Origin: Eledone cirrhosa
Lineage: Eukaryota
Direction: 5' to 3'
Assembly (NCBI GenBank): GCA_964016885.1
Contig: OZ024743.1
Span: 252,836,001-252,900,000 of the forward strand
DNA: 64,000 nt
In this document: positions 36,916 through 50,526 of the stretch, piece after piece
How the letters are laid out: each line of letters opens with the position of its first letter
Numbering within the stretch: the stretch's first letter is position 1
Translations under genes and position numbers: made by a program
The notes under the pieces: generated by a model
What the model saw: only the letters and a program-made list of their open reading frames with translations
Told to the model about the DNA's origin: nothing
Database searches by the model: none

Positions 36916-36988
36916 ACAAAAACAAAGACAGAACACAAAAACAAAGACAGAACACAAAAACAAAGACAGAACACAAAAACAAAGACAG
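36916..36988. repeat. 19-bp minisatellite, ~3.8 copies
   Basis: ACAAAAACAAAGACAGAAC repeated. Confidence 0.9.
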
Positions 36989-37724
36989 ATAGTGTTGTCC
37001 TAAAGAACAAAACACACATATATAAGATGGTCCCAACTGGAAAGTCTTTGAAACTGAAAGAAATAGCAGTCAAATCCCATTTAAGTCTTGCCCTAAAATT
37101 TAAAAAATAGAAAGAACACATTAGATAATGTAATCCTAAACAACAATAACACAGTGGGATGATTATGGTTGGAATGCTTTAGAACCTGTTAGAAATAGGA
37201 GGTTCTGAGAGATCTTCATCAACCTCATTGAAGTCCTTGAGGCAAGTTTGTTACATTGACTATCTTAAGCCAACTCAGATTTTAATTGTTAAATTCTTTG
37301 CCTCATCAACAGTCAGGTTTAGAATTTCTGCATACTTCAACCATGAATTCCAATAATATCTTCTGGTTGGTTTGGCAAACAATAATTTCTTTGTATTTAT
37401 TGTATTTTCTGCTCGACATACATGTCTGATGTACTTGAAGTGTTGTGCATAGATGAAAGTTCATAAGTGGAAAGTCTTGACAATATTTTGTATTTCTGTT
37501 AGTGTATACAAAATTATCTTCTCTAGTCATACCCTTGTAAAATCGTATAAAATGAGAAAATATATCAAGTAATATAGTACTATTTAGATGAGATGGCCAT
37601 AGAAGGAAGAACAAAAAAGACATGGCTAATGATAATGAAGACGAAGGAGTGCAGAGAATAGGATAACATAGAGAAGTTCGTCCAGAAGCCATGCTTTACT
37701 TAGCAAAGAAAATGGCCTTAAAGC

Positions 37725-38105
37725 TTTTGATGGCAGTTTCTTTTACAATATACTCTTGAGAGACAGATCCTTCTCTACAAACCAGCTGGGATATAATAAT
37801 AGCTGGCTGGTGGCAGTTTCTTCTATAATATGTACATGAGAGAGATCTTTGCCCACAAATCAGGTGGGATTTAGTGCTGGCTGATGGCAGTTTATTCTAC
37901 AATATACACATCAGAGGAAGATCTTTTTCAACACACCAGGTAGCATTTAATAATGGCTGGCTGGTGGTGGTTCATTGTACAATATACATGTGAGATACAG
38001 ATCTTTCTTTAGAAATCTGGTGAGATCTAATAAAGGCTGGCTGGTGGTAGTCTATCCTACTATACATCTATAAGCCACAGATTTCTCTCCTCATAAAGCC
38101 AGGAA
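37725..38105. repeat. Degenerate ~79-bp tandem repeat (5 units)
   Basis: GGCTG.TGG..GT...CTACAATATAC...CAGATC recurs at about 37730, 37810, 37885, 37965 and 38045. Confidence 0.75.
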
Positions 38106-38574
38106 GAATATCTAGCTTTAATATGAGAGGGGATATAATGAGGACTATATTAAACATATATACCAATGAACACCAAGTTTGCAGAAGGATTATCCTTTCT
38201 GTGAATAATATATAAGCTGCTGCATCTGTCTCCATTGATTTCAATTTCTAGTGTGATCGCTTTCTCTCAATTAATGAAACTTTCTTTTCATAATAGTCAG
38301 TTTTTCCCCATTGCTGTACATAATGTTAATCCTTTCATCTTATCATACCTCAATTCCCAATAACCCTCTCCACCACCATAACCACCACCACCACCACTTC
38401 CATTTACATTACTACCACATCTATTCATCTCTTCTTACAGTCATTGATAATTGAGCTTTTAATCATTGCATAAGCAGTGGCCGTTCTATTGATGCAGTTT
38501 CATATAATATTACATGATCCTTTTTCCCTATACATGCCACTACTTTTAATGGAATCTATTACTGACATTAACTG

Positions 38575-39370
38575 TTAACCCTTTTCATACCAAACTGCTT
38601 GCTGAAACTGGCTCCTCTTTCTGTAATACTAAGATGTTTATTTTAAAGTGTTCATATTTATCTAAAACCTTCCACCATACTTTTACGTAAGAAATTTTGT
38701 TAAATTATGTTCCAGATAACCGATAAAAACGGAGAAAGTTAGTTTTATTTCTAAATCTCTCAAAAATTCTTGACTATTTTCAAAATAATTTGAAAATCAT
38801 AGGTAGTGTCTTTCATTAAACACATGGTAATGAAAGGTTTAAAATGTTTATATTTAACTAAAAGTCTTCTGTCATAATTCTATTATTGGAGCACATCTTT
38901 GTTGTGCTACAGATCCCAGCTTAATAATGAGAAAGTTAGTTATATCACTAAGACTCTCCAAATTGTTGATTATTTTCAACATTATTTGAAGCAGTTCTCA
39001 TTAGAAATATGGCAAAGAATGGGTTAAATATATGTTACAGGTTCTATCTTTCTTTATGGAGATTTGTGTTAACCATTCCTTATTTTAGATTAAATTCTAT
39101 AAACCTGTTCATTATCATATTTCTAATGAAACATACAGCCAATGTATTTCAATTAATTTTGAAAATAATCAATAATTTGGAGAGATTTAGTAATATACAC
39201 ATAACCAACTTTCTCTATATTAATCTATTGTGTAGAACATAGCTAAACAAAAGGTTCTTACATAAAATTATAATGGAAGGTTTTAATATAAGTATGAACT
39301 CTTTAAAACAGGCTGTTTTGGACCATAGATCAAGGAGCTATTTCAGACAGATTGGTTTCAAAGGGATTAA
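38575..39370. mobile_element. Cluster of decayed piggyBac-type MITEs
   Basis: TTAACCCTTT ... AAAGG(G/T)TTAA-type ends and a shared internal block (TTTGAAAATCATAGG.AGTGTCTTTCATTAG..ATATGGTAATGAAAGGGTTAA) also seen at 5230-5282. Confidence 0.5.
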
Positions 39371-39648
39371 TGTAGGTTAACTTAAATATGTATTAGCAAC
39401 TTTGGGATATTATGTATGATTCAGAGGTGGTTTCAGGTGGGATGTTATCAAAAGGGTTAAATTAGTAAAATATTATTCAGATGGTGATTTGGCAGTCATT
39501 GGAATGTCAGATAGGAGGCATTTCTTCCAGCTCTCTTACTGCTGACTTCAAATATCAATGAGGTAAACTTTCCCTTTCATTCTTTGAAGTCAGTAAATAA
39601 AGTACCAGTCTAATACTGGGTCAATTCTTCCTTTTATCTCTTTCTCAC

Positions 39649-39735
<87 letters not shown>

Positions 39736-40393
39736 ACTCACTCTCTCTCTCTCTCTCTGTTCCTCCCTCTCTCTCTTGCTCTCTGAATGAAATAAGCTGT
39801 GTTCAAGCCCAAGACACAGTATCTCATGATGGCACCCATATGATTCCATCAGATTTATACATTCATACATACAAAATATTATCGTCAGTCATGCTATTAT
39901 TGTATAAACATTTTTTACATACTGTATTTGTTGTTATTGGTTAAAAAACATTTTTTATTCTCTTTTGAAATTAAAAAAGAAATGTCCATTAACTTAACCA
40001 ATATTGGATAGTTTGGTCAGCTAAAGGAAATATATATCAACTGGCATTTTAACAGCGGAAACAGTTGAAATATTGCAGCTTTGGTTATTGACAGGAGGTG
40101 AAAATGATATTGGTCTAATCTTAACTAGAATTAATGGAACTCTTCTAGAGCTGTCATCTAAGAGTTCTTTCAATTATGATCAAAATCAATAAATATTCCG
40201 TTAATTGCCGTTAGTTAAACACCTATTCATCCAAGTAGCCATTTTCTGCAGCAGAAAGCTACTTGAATAAACTGTGTCGGAAGGATTTCTAATATTCTAT
40301 ATTTTCTAATATCAACAGATGACTATCTTTGAGGAATTCTCAACGACATTATAACATTCATTCTCTGCTAGTTTTCTTACAAACATTATAGTA

Positions 40394-40432
<39 letters not shown>

Positions 40433-41197
40433 ATATATAGTATTCAGCGAAATAACTCATAACCATAAAATACTTTAATCTTTTCACAAACCAGTAAAGT
40501 CCATTAAGCAAGATTGTATTTCCAATTTTAGATAGGCCTTTTTCCAGCTGAGAAACAATATTTCTCTTGGCTCGAGAGACTGTTATTTACATAGTATTAC
40601 TTTCCAATTTAAAGTAACAACAACAACATCAATAACCCAACCAAGTATTTTGATGCTATTTTCTCTACTGAAGCAGAAATGAGCCTTGAAAGCTCTATGA
40701 CAAGCTTAATACCCAACATGGGGTGCTTTCTGAATCAATGTTTAACAGCCTTTTTCTCTTTCTGGTACTAATATTTTTTTATATACCTCATACAACATAC
40801 CATGTACCTATTTTAAACTGGGTACACACAGTAAAAAAACAAAAAAATAAAAAACATAATGAGGAAAGACAACAAGCATTTTAAAGCCATTTTCCTTAGT
40901 AAAGCGATTCATTAAGATTTTGGATAGACAATTTGACACTACAGTGATACCTTGCAGTACTAGTTCAATTCATTCCATGACCAAGCTTGTTTTATGATAT
41001 ATTCCTTTAACAAATCAATTTTTCATGTTGAAATTAATAAAAATATAAATAATCCGTTCCAGCCCAAACACTCAAAAAACAATTTTTGTGGGTTTTAAAA
41101 TAGAAAAGGTGCAGTTACAAGGAAAATGATAATTATAAAAACATAATAAAAGAGAATGCAAAAGAAATATGCAAATTGATTTTATTATTTATATGAA

Positions 41198-41965
41198 AGC
41201 GGTGGATTGGCAGAAATCGGTAGAGGGTCGGATGCTATGCTTTGCAGCACAGTTATGTCCCTTTATGGACTGAGTTCAAATCCTGCCGAGGTTAACTTTG
41301 CCTTTCATCCTTACAGGGTCGATAAAATAAAGTACCAGTAATACACTGGGATAATTGCTGGCCTTGTGCCAAAAGTAGAAACAATTATTTATATGAAACT
41401 CACTCGTACATCATATTTCCACTTGTACTACAAGACAAACATTTGCACAAGCCTCGCCTTGTACGGCAAATTACTCATACAATAGGGTATTCATACTGTG
41501 AGGTTCTACTCTATTTGTTCTGACTGCTTCGAGCACAGATCATGCCTTGGTCAATTTTGCTTTCATTATTTGGTGGATTGGCAGTATCAGTAGAGGGTCG
41601 GATGCCATGCTTTCCAGCATAGTTAAGTCCCTTTGCGGTCTGAGTTCAAATCCCGCCGAGGTTAACTTTGCCTTTCATCCTTACGGGGTCGATAAAATAA
41701 AGTACCAGTATTGTACTCGGTATTTGATGGCCTTGTGCCAAAAGTAGGAACAATTATTTTGAGATCGAAAAGGTGGTGAATTGGCAGTATCGCTAGAGGG
41801 TTGGATGCAATGCTTTGACGTATGGAGTTACGGTTCTTGCCATTCTGAGCTAAAATCCCACCGACGTTAACTTTGCCTTTCATCCTTACGGGATCGATAA
41901 AATAAAGTACCAGTAATGTACTGGGAAATTGCTGGCCTTGTGCCAAAAGTAGAAATAATTATTTT
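41198..41965 (+). mobile_element. Three Nin/Deu-domain-type SINEs
   Basis: Copies at about 41198-41390, 41570-41760 and 41770-41965 with B box GAGTTCAAATCC and GCCTTTCATCCTTACGGGGTCGATAAAATAAAGTACCAG. Confidence 0.85.
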
Positions 41966-42834
41966 GAGATTGATAGAAAAAAGTACCAGTCTAGTACTAG
42001 GATCAATTCTTCCCCAATATCTCTTCTTAAGACCCTCTGTATCCCTCTCTCTACTTTGGTAGAAATTATTTATATTCAGATCTATAGAGGAGATGGTTCT
42101 CCTGGGTTTAAACTTCTCATGAAACGTTGACTGTCAGTACAGCAAACCTACTACTCCGTCAGGTGTTACTGGTCCATACATACAGTCACACATACCTAAA
42201 TACAGGCATACATATGACTGTAAATACATACATGAACACATACACACATACATACATAATGCATACATGCATCTCTGCAAAAAAATGGGCTAGCATTGCA
42301 AGCCCCATGACAGGTATTTTGAGGCAATGTTTTACAGCTAGATGTCCTTTCTGATGCCAAACCTTTTAATCTCATTTTTTACAACACATAGGAATAAAAT
42401 GTATCTATTCTACTGTGGATACATGATAATTAAAGTAAACAGTAGAGTTAAAGAATCTCAGTAGTGTTGGCCAACACTACTTAAGTATGGTTCAATGAAG
42501 TAGCTCAGGTAGAATATATACTGAAGACCTGACGTTTGCAAATCCCAAAAACCATGTCATATTTTAAAAACATATTCTACTTCATATTTGGGTGGTAGAC
42601 TTAACAGTTTAACACCAACAGCAGATTCTTGGGTACCATTAGAAGAGTCCACTCTGTTGCAAAGTGGGCCAGGTCTCCAGTTCAAGATGACCCTGTTTTG
42701 TTTCAGTGCTATATTACTGTATCATACAATACATCTAAAGGTTTTAGCCAACAGTGTATGGAGGACTGTAGGGACCTCCATCACTGATTTATAGGTACAC
42801 ACAGTAATAAACAGGAAGGGAAACACTATTCACA

Positions 42835-42885
<51 letters not shown>

Positions 42886-44579
42886 AACACTCACATATAC
42901 ATACCGACTGACATAAACACATCTGATATCTATAATTGTACAGACATAAAGACTCCTGACTTTAAAGTTCATACCAAGATTCTTTATCGATAGTTCTAGA
43001 TTCAAAGCCATGCTTTATACATTGAAATTTACTTATTTTGATGTTGTTTTGCTTCATTGAGCTGACCTATGATAAAATCTTTGCTGACCATTCCATGCCC
43101 ATTCCATATTATTATTGTATACATAGCTCTATAGCTTTGAAAATGTTCTTCCTTTTGTTTTTAAAAGCCACCAAGATGTGATTTAAAGGAAGATTTGGTT
43201 GTAGTTTAAAGCAGGTTGAATGAGTGCCTAGAGGGCATCATCACTTGAATCGATTACATTATTTTTTATGACAGTGTACATAAAGTTCTAAACATCTCCC
43301 GCCAGACTCAATCGGTTATAAACTAGAGCTAAACAACAGCAATAACAACTTCATCATCATCAACTACACAAAGAGATCTAAAAAGAATATCAACAATGAG
43401 TCATAAAAACGGTGGTTTGATCTATAGTGTCATAACTTTAAGCAGATTATGAAGCATTAACCTTGTTATGATGCCAGTCTTTCTTTCGCAGGTCTGAGAG
43501 AAAAACTTCTGAGACAATTTCAATTTAACTCTGGCAGCAGTTTGTGAAATCTAGCATGTAGATGCAGAATTAAGTGTGCAGTCAATAGAGACACAGTCAA
43601 AATGTCTACTGCAGGTTTCATCTGAGGATATTTTATCTTCTTTCTGAGTATTTCCCTCATTCACATTAATGGTAGATATATCAGAAAGACACAACTTTGT
43701 CTAAACATGGCAACTCTTAGAAATAGAATGACATAAGCTATTGTAAATTTTTACCATTATTCAAATGAAGTATTGTGCCAGTCAAAAATATGGTTTATAA
43801 TTTAATAAGTAAATAGAAATGGAATTACTGATTCTTTAATGGCATTTAGATTTGATGCTACACTAGTGTAGTTGACTCCATAGGCAAACATTCTCAAGCA
43901 GTCAGCTGCATGAGATATGGTTCATCATAAGGTGAGCCACACTACTAAAAGAATTCAAAGTCATTTTTTGTTAGGTGTGCCATTTAAAAAACCAAACAGG
44001 CCACAGTTTAACCTTTATTAGCATAGACTGTGAAAACCTGCAACAGTGATCTAAAAATGTTATTGTCATTGATCCTCTTTTAATTTCAATGCTGTATGTT
44101 CCAGTTGTCTGATCAGAGGAGCAGCTTGCACATGAAAATAATATGCAAATGGTTGAGTATTCCTTTCATAGTAGGGAGAACATATGTTAAATGATGAAGA
44201 TGATAATCATCCAGTATGACACTGTGTGTAACAAGGCTGACCCTTTAAATTACAGCTACAACTGATTATTTCCATCAGAATGGTCTGAAAGAACATGAGA
44301 GAAAGTGTATTGCTCAAGAGAACAACAAGCCACTGGAAATAAAATTCACAACCTTACAATCGTGAGCCAAACACTATAACCTCTAAGCTAGGTACCTTAA
44401 ATTATTTATAGATATATACTTTAATACGATATAATATTGAAGTAAAACATTGTTAATACATAAGTTGTATATATGTGATGAGTAATTACAACATATGCTT
44501 TTTTCCTGTCTAACTTTTCCCTATTTTCCCTCATTTTTATACTCTTATGTGACTGAAGGGTTCTGCTAATCCTTTGTTT

Positions 44580-45845
44580 GGTAAGCCCTCCACAGCTGGA
44601 TGCCCTTCACATCACCCACCACCTCACAAAAGGCAGCAGCTAGGAACGTATATAGGGAGGGGTCATGGAATATGTGTGTGTGTGGTGAGTGAGTGTAGGG
44701 GGTGTTGAGGGTGTGGAGAGTGATTGTAGGGGGTGCTAGTAAGCAGTTGTAGGAAGGGGAGGTCAGGCCACATTGTATATTGCAGATCAGGCCTTCAGGA
44801 CCTCATAGCATCAGCTCTTATGGTTTTTAGCCATTTCTGTTGGGAGGTTTAGTGTTTTAAGGTCAATCTTCTCAACCTCATCCAATGTCCCATGTCTTCC
44901 TGGATCTGTCTCTTCCATGGGTCCCAGCCAATGGGGTTCCTCTACATTTCATTATGCAGCTGTTATCTTCCATGTGCATCACATGTCCATAAGATCGCAG
45001 TCTCCTCTTTTGCACACTATATCCAATTCTTCTTATGCCAAGATTTTCTCTTAGTTTGCTTATGCTATGTCACTCATGCGCACTATCATTACACATCCAT
45101 CGGAACATACTCAACTAATTTCTTTGTAGCCTCCACAGGTCTTCTGCAGTCAAGGCCCTTGTTTCACTGTCATGTAACATTTCTGTTCACACAGACATCA
45201 TACAGTCTACTCTTTACTCTAAGAGAAAAAGCATTTTCTTGTTAGCAGCAGTAATAGATCTAAAAACTTCTTCCAGCCTGTTCTAATCCTAGCTATCGCA
45301 CATTCGGCACATCCACCCCGTTGCTAATTTGTTCGCCTAGGTACCGAAAGCTGTCATCAATTTCTATGGAGCTTCCCTGGAAGCTAAGAGAATCTATTTC
45401 ACATGAGCTCTTTGTGTTTACTTACCTGATGTATCTGTAAAGTCTATCTTTTCCATTAGACTACATGCAATCCCACTACATCTTTTGTGTGTCCATAATT
45501 TATATTGAATGCACCTTATGGATATTCTGCCCACCTTTCTGACATATTGAAGAAGCCACTTTCCTGATGGTGTAACCTTCCTGTCTTCTTTCCCACATAT
45601 TAGGACTTTCGTCTTTGCTAAATTTACTTTTAGGCCTTTCATTTCTAGGTTCTTCTTCCATGCTTGAAATTTTGCATCCAATTCTCCTGCAGTTTCAGCT
45701 AAGAGGACTAGTTCATCAGTGTATAGGACCTCCCATGGAGTGCCAGTTTTGAACTCCTCAGTGATGGCCTGGCAGACGATGTTAAACATGAGTAGGCTGA
45801 AGACTGATCCCTGGTGGAGCCCCATCTGCAATTCAAATTACTCAC
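44580..45845 (-). mobile_element. Older RTE subfamily fragment
   Basis: MGLHQGSVFSLLMF..ITEEFKTGTPWEVLYTDELVL..GLKVNLAKTKVLIC..WTHKRCSGI. Confidence 0.85.
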
Positions 45846-45984
45846 TATACTTATTATCAAATATATATATATATATATAACGAAGGAATTGTGGTAAGGA
45901 ACCAGATGGACCATAAAGCACCAGAGTACTCAATACTTAGGGTAGTAGAGTGGGTAATAATACTTTTTCCTATATATATATATA

Positions 45985-46090
45985 TAATAAATGCAATATT
46001 GGAGAAAGCTTTTTAGCGATACTCCGGCCAAATTCCAACTCACTCAACAAACATTAGGAAATAAGTGATTATATTCCCAATTATGTGTTT
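45985..46090 (+). mobile_element. Penelope-like GIY-YIG C-terminal relic
   Basis: Reads CN..EK.LAILRPNSNSLNKH*EISDYIP with frameshifts, matching the PLE tail LCxxEK..I...LNKR.E. Confidence 0.55.
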
Positions 46091-46164
46091 GGGGTGCTAA
46101 CTAAAAGTATTGCATGGAAAATTGGCTGTATTATTTCATATGAGACATATCTAATATATCTCTT

Positions 46165-46291
46165 CCCAGACGGACGTCTCGTTTCATTATAGGATTCCTA
46201 CAATTTGGGTGAAATTATACCAATTTATGTAGGAGCTTGTATACCATCAATAGATATATATTCAAGTGGGCTCCTATAATTCATCAGTGGG
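46165..46291 (-). ncRNA. Type I hammerhead ribozyme with intact core and 77-nt loop II
   Basis: Minus strand: CCCA-CTGATGA-ATTATAGGA[77 nt]TCCTATAAT-GAAA-CG(A)GACGTCCG-TC-TGGG. It has a 9-bp perfect stem II and a GUC cleavage triplet. Confidence 0.8.
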
Positions 46292-46295
46292 TGCC

Positions 46296-46332
<37 letters not shown>

Positions 46333-46604
46333 TCATCATCATTGTTTTCCTCAACATTTAACACCTATTTTTCAAACTATCATGAGTTAGACAGTGTGTC
46401 ATATCATTAGACTAGACAAGTCAGGTAACCACATCTTACTCATATGATCTATTTTTGGCAAGGTTTTCTACAGTTGGATGCTCTTACTAAAACCAACCAC
46501 CATACAGAATGAAGTGGATGCATTTTCCCCTGACACCTATATGATAACTTTTCAGATTAGATTGGGTGCTTTTGTCATAGCACCAGCATAACCATCTTAC
46601 TGGG

Positions 46605-47145
46605 TGGATGGGAGAGAAACTGGGCATAAGAGGGATCAGATGCAGTGTGCAGGAGAGGAAATTGCATTGCTATGGACATGTGATGTGTATTAAGGATGGC
46701 AGCTGCATAAAAAATTGCATGGCACTCAAAGTTAATGGAAGCTATGGTGTAAGTAGACCTAGGAAGACTTGGGTTGAGGTGATAAAAGTTGACTTTACAC
46801 AATTCCCACTCACCTCCCCTAAGTCCCCAGCCACACAGTAAAGTGGGCATGATGGTTATATAACAAAAAGCGACCAGCCCACACTGTAAAGTGGTCATGT
46901 AGGTGGCACAACAAAAATCGCCTAGTCCATGCTCTAAAGTGGTCATGTAGGAGTCGTGGCTAAAATCACCCAGCACAAACTGTAAATGTGGTTTGTGTTG
47001 GGAAGCGCATCCAGCCATAAAAACATACCCAGAAAAAGTCCTATATGAGTAAGACACGGTAACCTGACCCAACTTACCAGAAATGGGACAACCCGTCTAA
47101 CCCTGGAAAATGGGTGTTAAATGATGATGATGATGATAATGATGA
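46605..47145 (+). mobile_element. RTE 3' fragment with sub-repeated 3' UTR and (GAT)n tail
   Basis: EKLGIRGIRCSVQERKLHCYGHVM..SRPRKTW. Confidence 0.85.
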
Positions 47146-47660
47146 TATATATATATCATCATCAACATCACCACTCTTTGTCCCCTTTCCATGCCTGCAC
47201 AGCCAGATAGGCTATCACAGTGGAACAGTCCATCATGTATCATAGGGTAAGTGGCTGAGTATTCCATAGACTTATCTACCCCAAATGTTTTTGTTTTTGA
47301 GATTCAGCTTCAGACAGGGTGTAACAAGGCTGACTCTTTGAATTACAGTTATAATTTATCTGGCAAGCTTTTAAACAGTTCTCCTGTAGCCAAATTCCCT
47401 CACAAAACTTGGTTGAGTCCAAAGCAATGATAAATGGTACTTGATCAAGATGCCCCACAGTGGCATTGAACCCAGGACTTATGATTATGAAACAAACTTC
47501 TTAACCATTGAACCATGCAGCACTCACACCTTTATATAATTCTTATAACAAATTATTATACACAGGTGAGAAATAATGGCTGGTGTAGCCTATTACTAAA
47601 GGAAAGGCAATTACACCTGAAATATATATATGTACATATAAGTGTATATATCTATATATC

Positions 47661-47749
<89 letters not shown>

Positions 47750-48878
47750 CATCATCATCATCTTCGTTTAACGGCCATCTTCCATGCTAGCATGGGGTAT
47801 GTATGTATGTATATATATATCTATATATATGTGTGTGTGTATACACATTCATATATATGCTCATACATACATTTGGGAGATATATGCTTACCTTTTCAAA
47901 GATAAATATATCTTACACCAGCAAAATGGCTTAAGAAAATGGGCCACATTGTGATAATATTGGTAAATTGTAGTGAAAGAATTGAAGAAGATAACACGTG
48001 AATTTATTCTCATTTCTTTGAAGTTGCTTAACATCTTGAACCGAACTAAAATTTTCAGATGTTTTTATCAAGTTGATTTCTTTTCTTTTATATTTTCTTT
48101 ATAACTTAAATTGGTCTGGCTTCTGTAAATTTACGTTTCAATGGTAGGCGTGTTTTATAGAGCTTACAGCTCACCCACCCTCACATAACATAAATGTGTA
48201 TGTTCTAACTAAAAGCAACTTTAACTACTAAGCTCCTATCTAACACATTGCACAGAAAAAAAATGTATAATGTTGAAAGTAGGGAAAGTAAAAGGAAGGA
48301 AACGTTACTTTATAAATTTGAATATGAATGTTTCAAATTTTTCAGATAAATCTCTACTTATAGTGAAGCTGTGTCATTGAATATATTAAGAGACATTTGT
48401 TTGGAGAACCTATATTGAAGACAAATTTCTAATATACTACTAATGTGAAATAGTATTTACTATTTCACATATACTACTAATGTAAATACTATATATACTA
48501 CTAATACATATTTTAGCTTGCCTACAATAATATCCAGAAACTACTAATACACATAATAGACCAATATTACAAATACAAGTTTTGGGTGGTGTATATTAAA
48601 GGCAGTCTACTTATACATAAATATTACTTTATGAATTATTGAGCACTATGAGCACCTGAGAAACCCAAATATAGAAAATAACTATAATAACAGTCGATCA
48701 CTGTAAAAAATAGTTAAGAAATTTGGGTTACTTAATATTAGAAGTTCCCAGATAATTACATTAAGCACACCCATGTCTGTGGAATACTCATTTACATTAT
48801 GATAAAAGACTATATCTTTAATTCAAATATCTAGTCTTGTCACACATTGTGGTTTGTAGAATTTCTCTTAGAAGTATG

Positions 48879-49259
48879 TTAACACTTTAGCATTTAAACC
48901 AGCCATATCCAGTCAGAATTTTCTCACCTCTTTCTGTTCAAACTGGCCGCAACAAGCTGCTCATACTGATGTTAAGGAATTGTTCTCAAAATATATATCC
49001 AAATATCATAGATTCGTTATTATGTGAAGTAATGCCTTTACCATGAAAATACACCAGTACCATATTTTCCGGCACCGAAGATCTTTCTACTCGAAGACAC
49101 ATCCTAAATTTGACAACCAAAAATTTGAAAAATATAAAAAGCAACCTTTGGCCTCCAGGTTGCATGGTAGATTTTTGAGATTTATTTTAGGAAAAAAGTA
49201 GCGCCTTTGATGGTGTGAAATACAGTATTTATAGAGTAATGATAATGCTAAAGGGTTAA
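48879..49259. mobile_element. piggyBac-type MITE with a nested ~165-bp Tc1/pogo-like MITE (49058-49226)
   Basis: Reverse-complement match to 4975-5085 with TTAA ends. The inner element is bounded by TACCATATTT/AAATACAGTA. Confidence 0.6.
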
Positions 49260-49261
49260 AG

Positions 49262-49303
<42 letters not shown>

Positions 49304-50462
49304 AATACATGCTTCAGCCATGAGAAAGTTAATTATATTACTAAATCCTTGATTATTTTCAAAGTTAATTGAAAATCAGGTAGTGTCTATCATAAAAGAA
49401 TCTGGTAACTGTAAGGGACTAATACCTGAATACAGGATTTCTGACCAATTAAAATATAAGTTCAACCTGTAGAGGTGGAGACATTCTGTCTTCTGGGTCC
49501 CTAGACCACTTCTTTACTCACGCCTATCAGGGTGGAGTGGCCCACCTGCATGAGTGAACCCCTCAAGTTGAAATGGTTATTTCAATGCATCTCTCTCACT
49601 ATCCTTCAGGGCAAAACTTTCTCTATTCTGTTTGCTGGGACTGCAAGGCAGCTTGTATTTGGGGTTCTGCACAGCTGAGAGCATTTGCCCATACAATCCA
49701 GGTTCATATCATTGGGGGTAGTGATGTTTGAGTATTCTTTCGTATTTTTGTTGTATTCAGACTCACACCACAGTAGGGAGCGTGTCAACCTCATAATCAA
49801 ATATAATAAAGAAATCATTATTTACTTTCTATGAGAAAGTTAGTTATTTGATAGTTACTGTTCCAAATAGCAATTGTCAACTTCAGCAAAACATATATAT
49901 TGATATACACTTATATATATCTCAATAGTCTTAGGGGTGTTGTTGATGAATTCACATGGCATAGTGTTTAGTGTATTTGGCTTATAATCCGAAGGTGATG
50001 AGTTTGATTCCCAGCAGCGCATTGTGACCTTGAGAGAGATGTTTATTTCACATTGCTCCAGGCCACAAAGCTAGAAAAATATTAGTTGTTCATATAATTC
50101 CAAGGGCCATCTTTATCACAGACTGTGATATTGTCTTGCTAAAAGACTCAATATACTGCCTGATCCAGGAATTGAATTCATGATCTTATGATGCTGAGCA
50201 GAATACCTTAATCAGTAAGTCACGTGCCTTCACATACTCATAATAATCCATTAGGAAACACATAATAGCCATTAACAGAATAAATATTGAAACTATAACA
50301 ATTATAAGGGGGCTGGATTGGCAGTACTGGTACAGTATCAGAGAAAATGTTTTGCATTATTTAGTTATGGCTTTCTATCTTCCGAGTTCCAATCCTACTG
50401 AGATCAATTCTACCTTTCATCCTTTCCAGGTCAATAAAAAAGTACCAGTCTAGTACTGCTAT

Positions 50463-50526
<64 letters not shown>

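Noticed and set aside
40440-40770. Another Penelope GIY-YIG relic on the minus strand
   Set aside because: There is only faint motif resemblance (TLNWKVI), too decayed to call by eye.
47515-47905. YIYI-, ERER- and poly-I/H/D ORFs here and elsewhere in the window
   Set aside because: They are translations of microsatellites.
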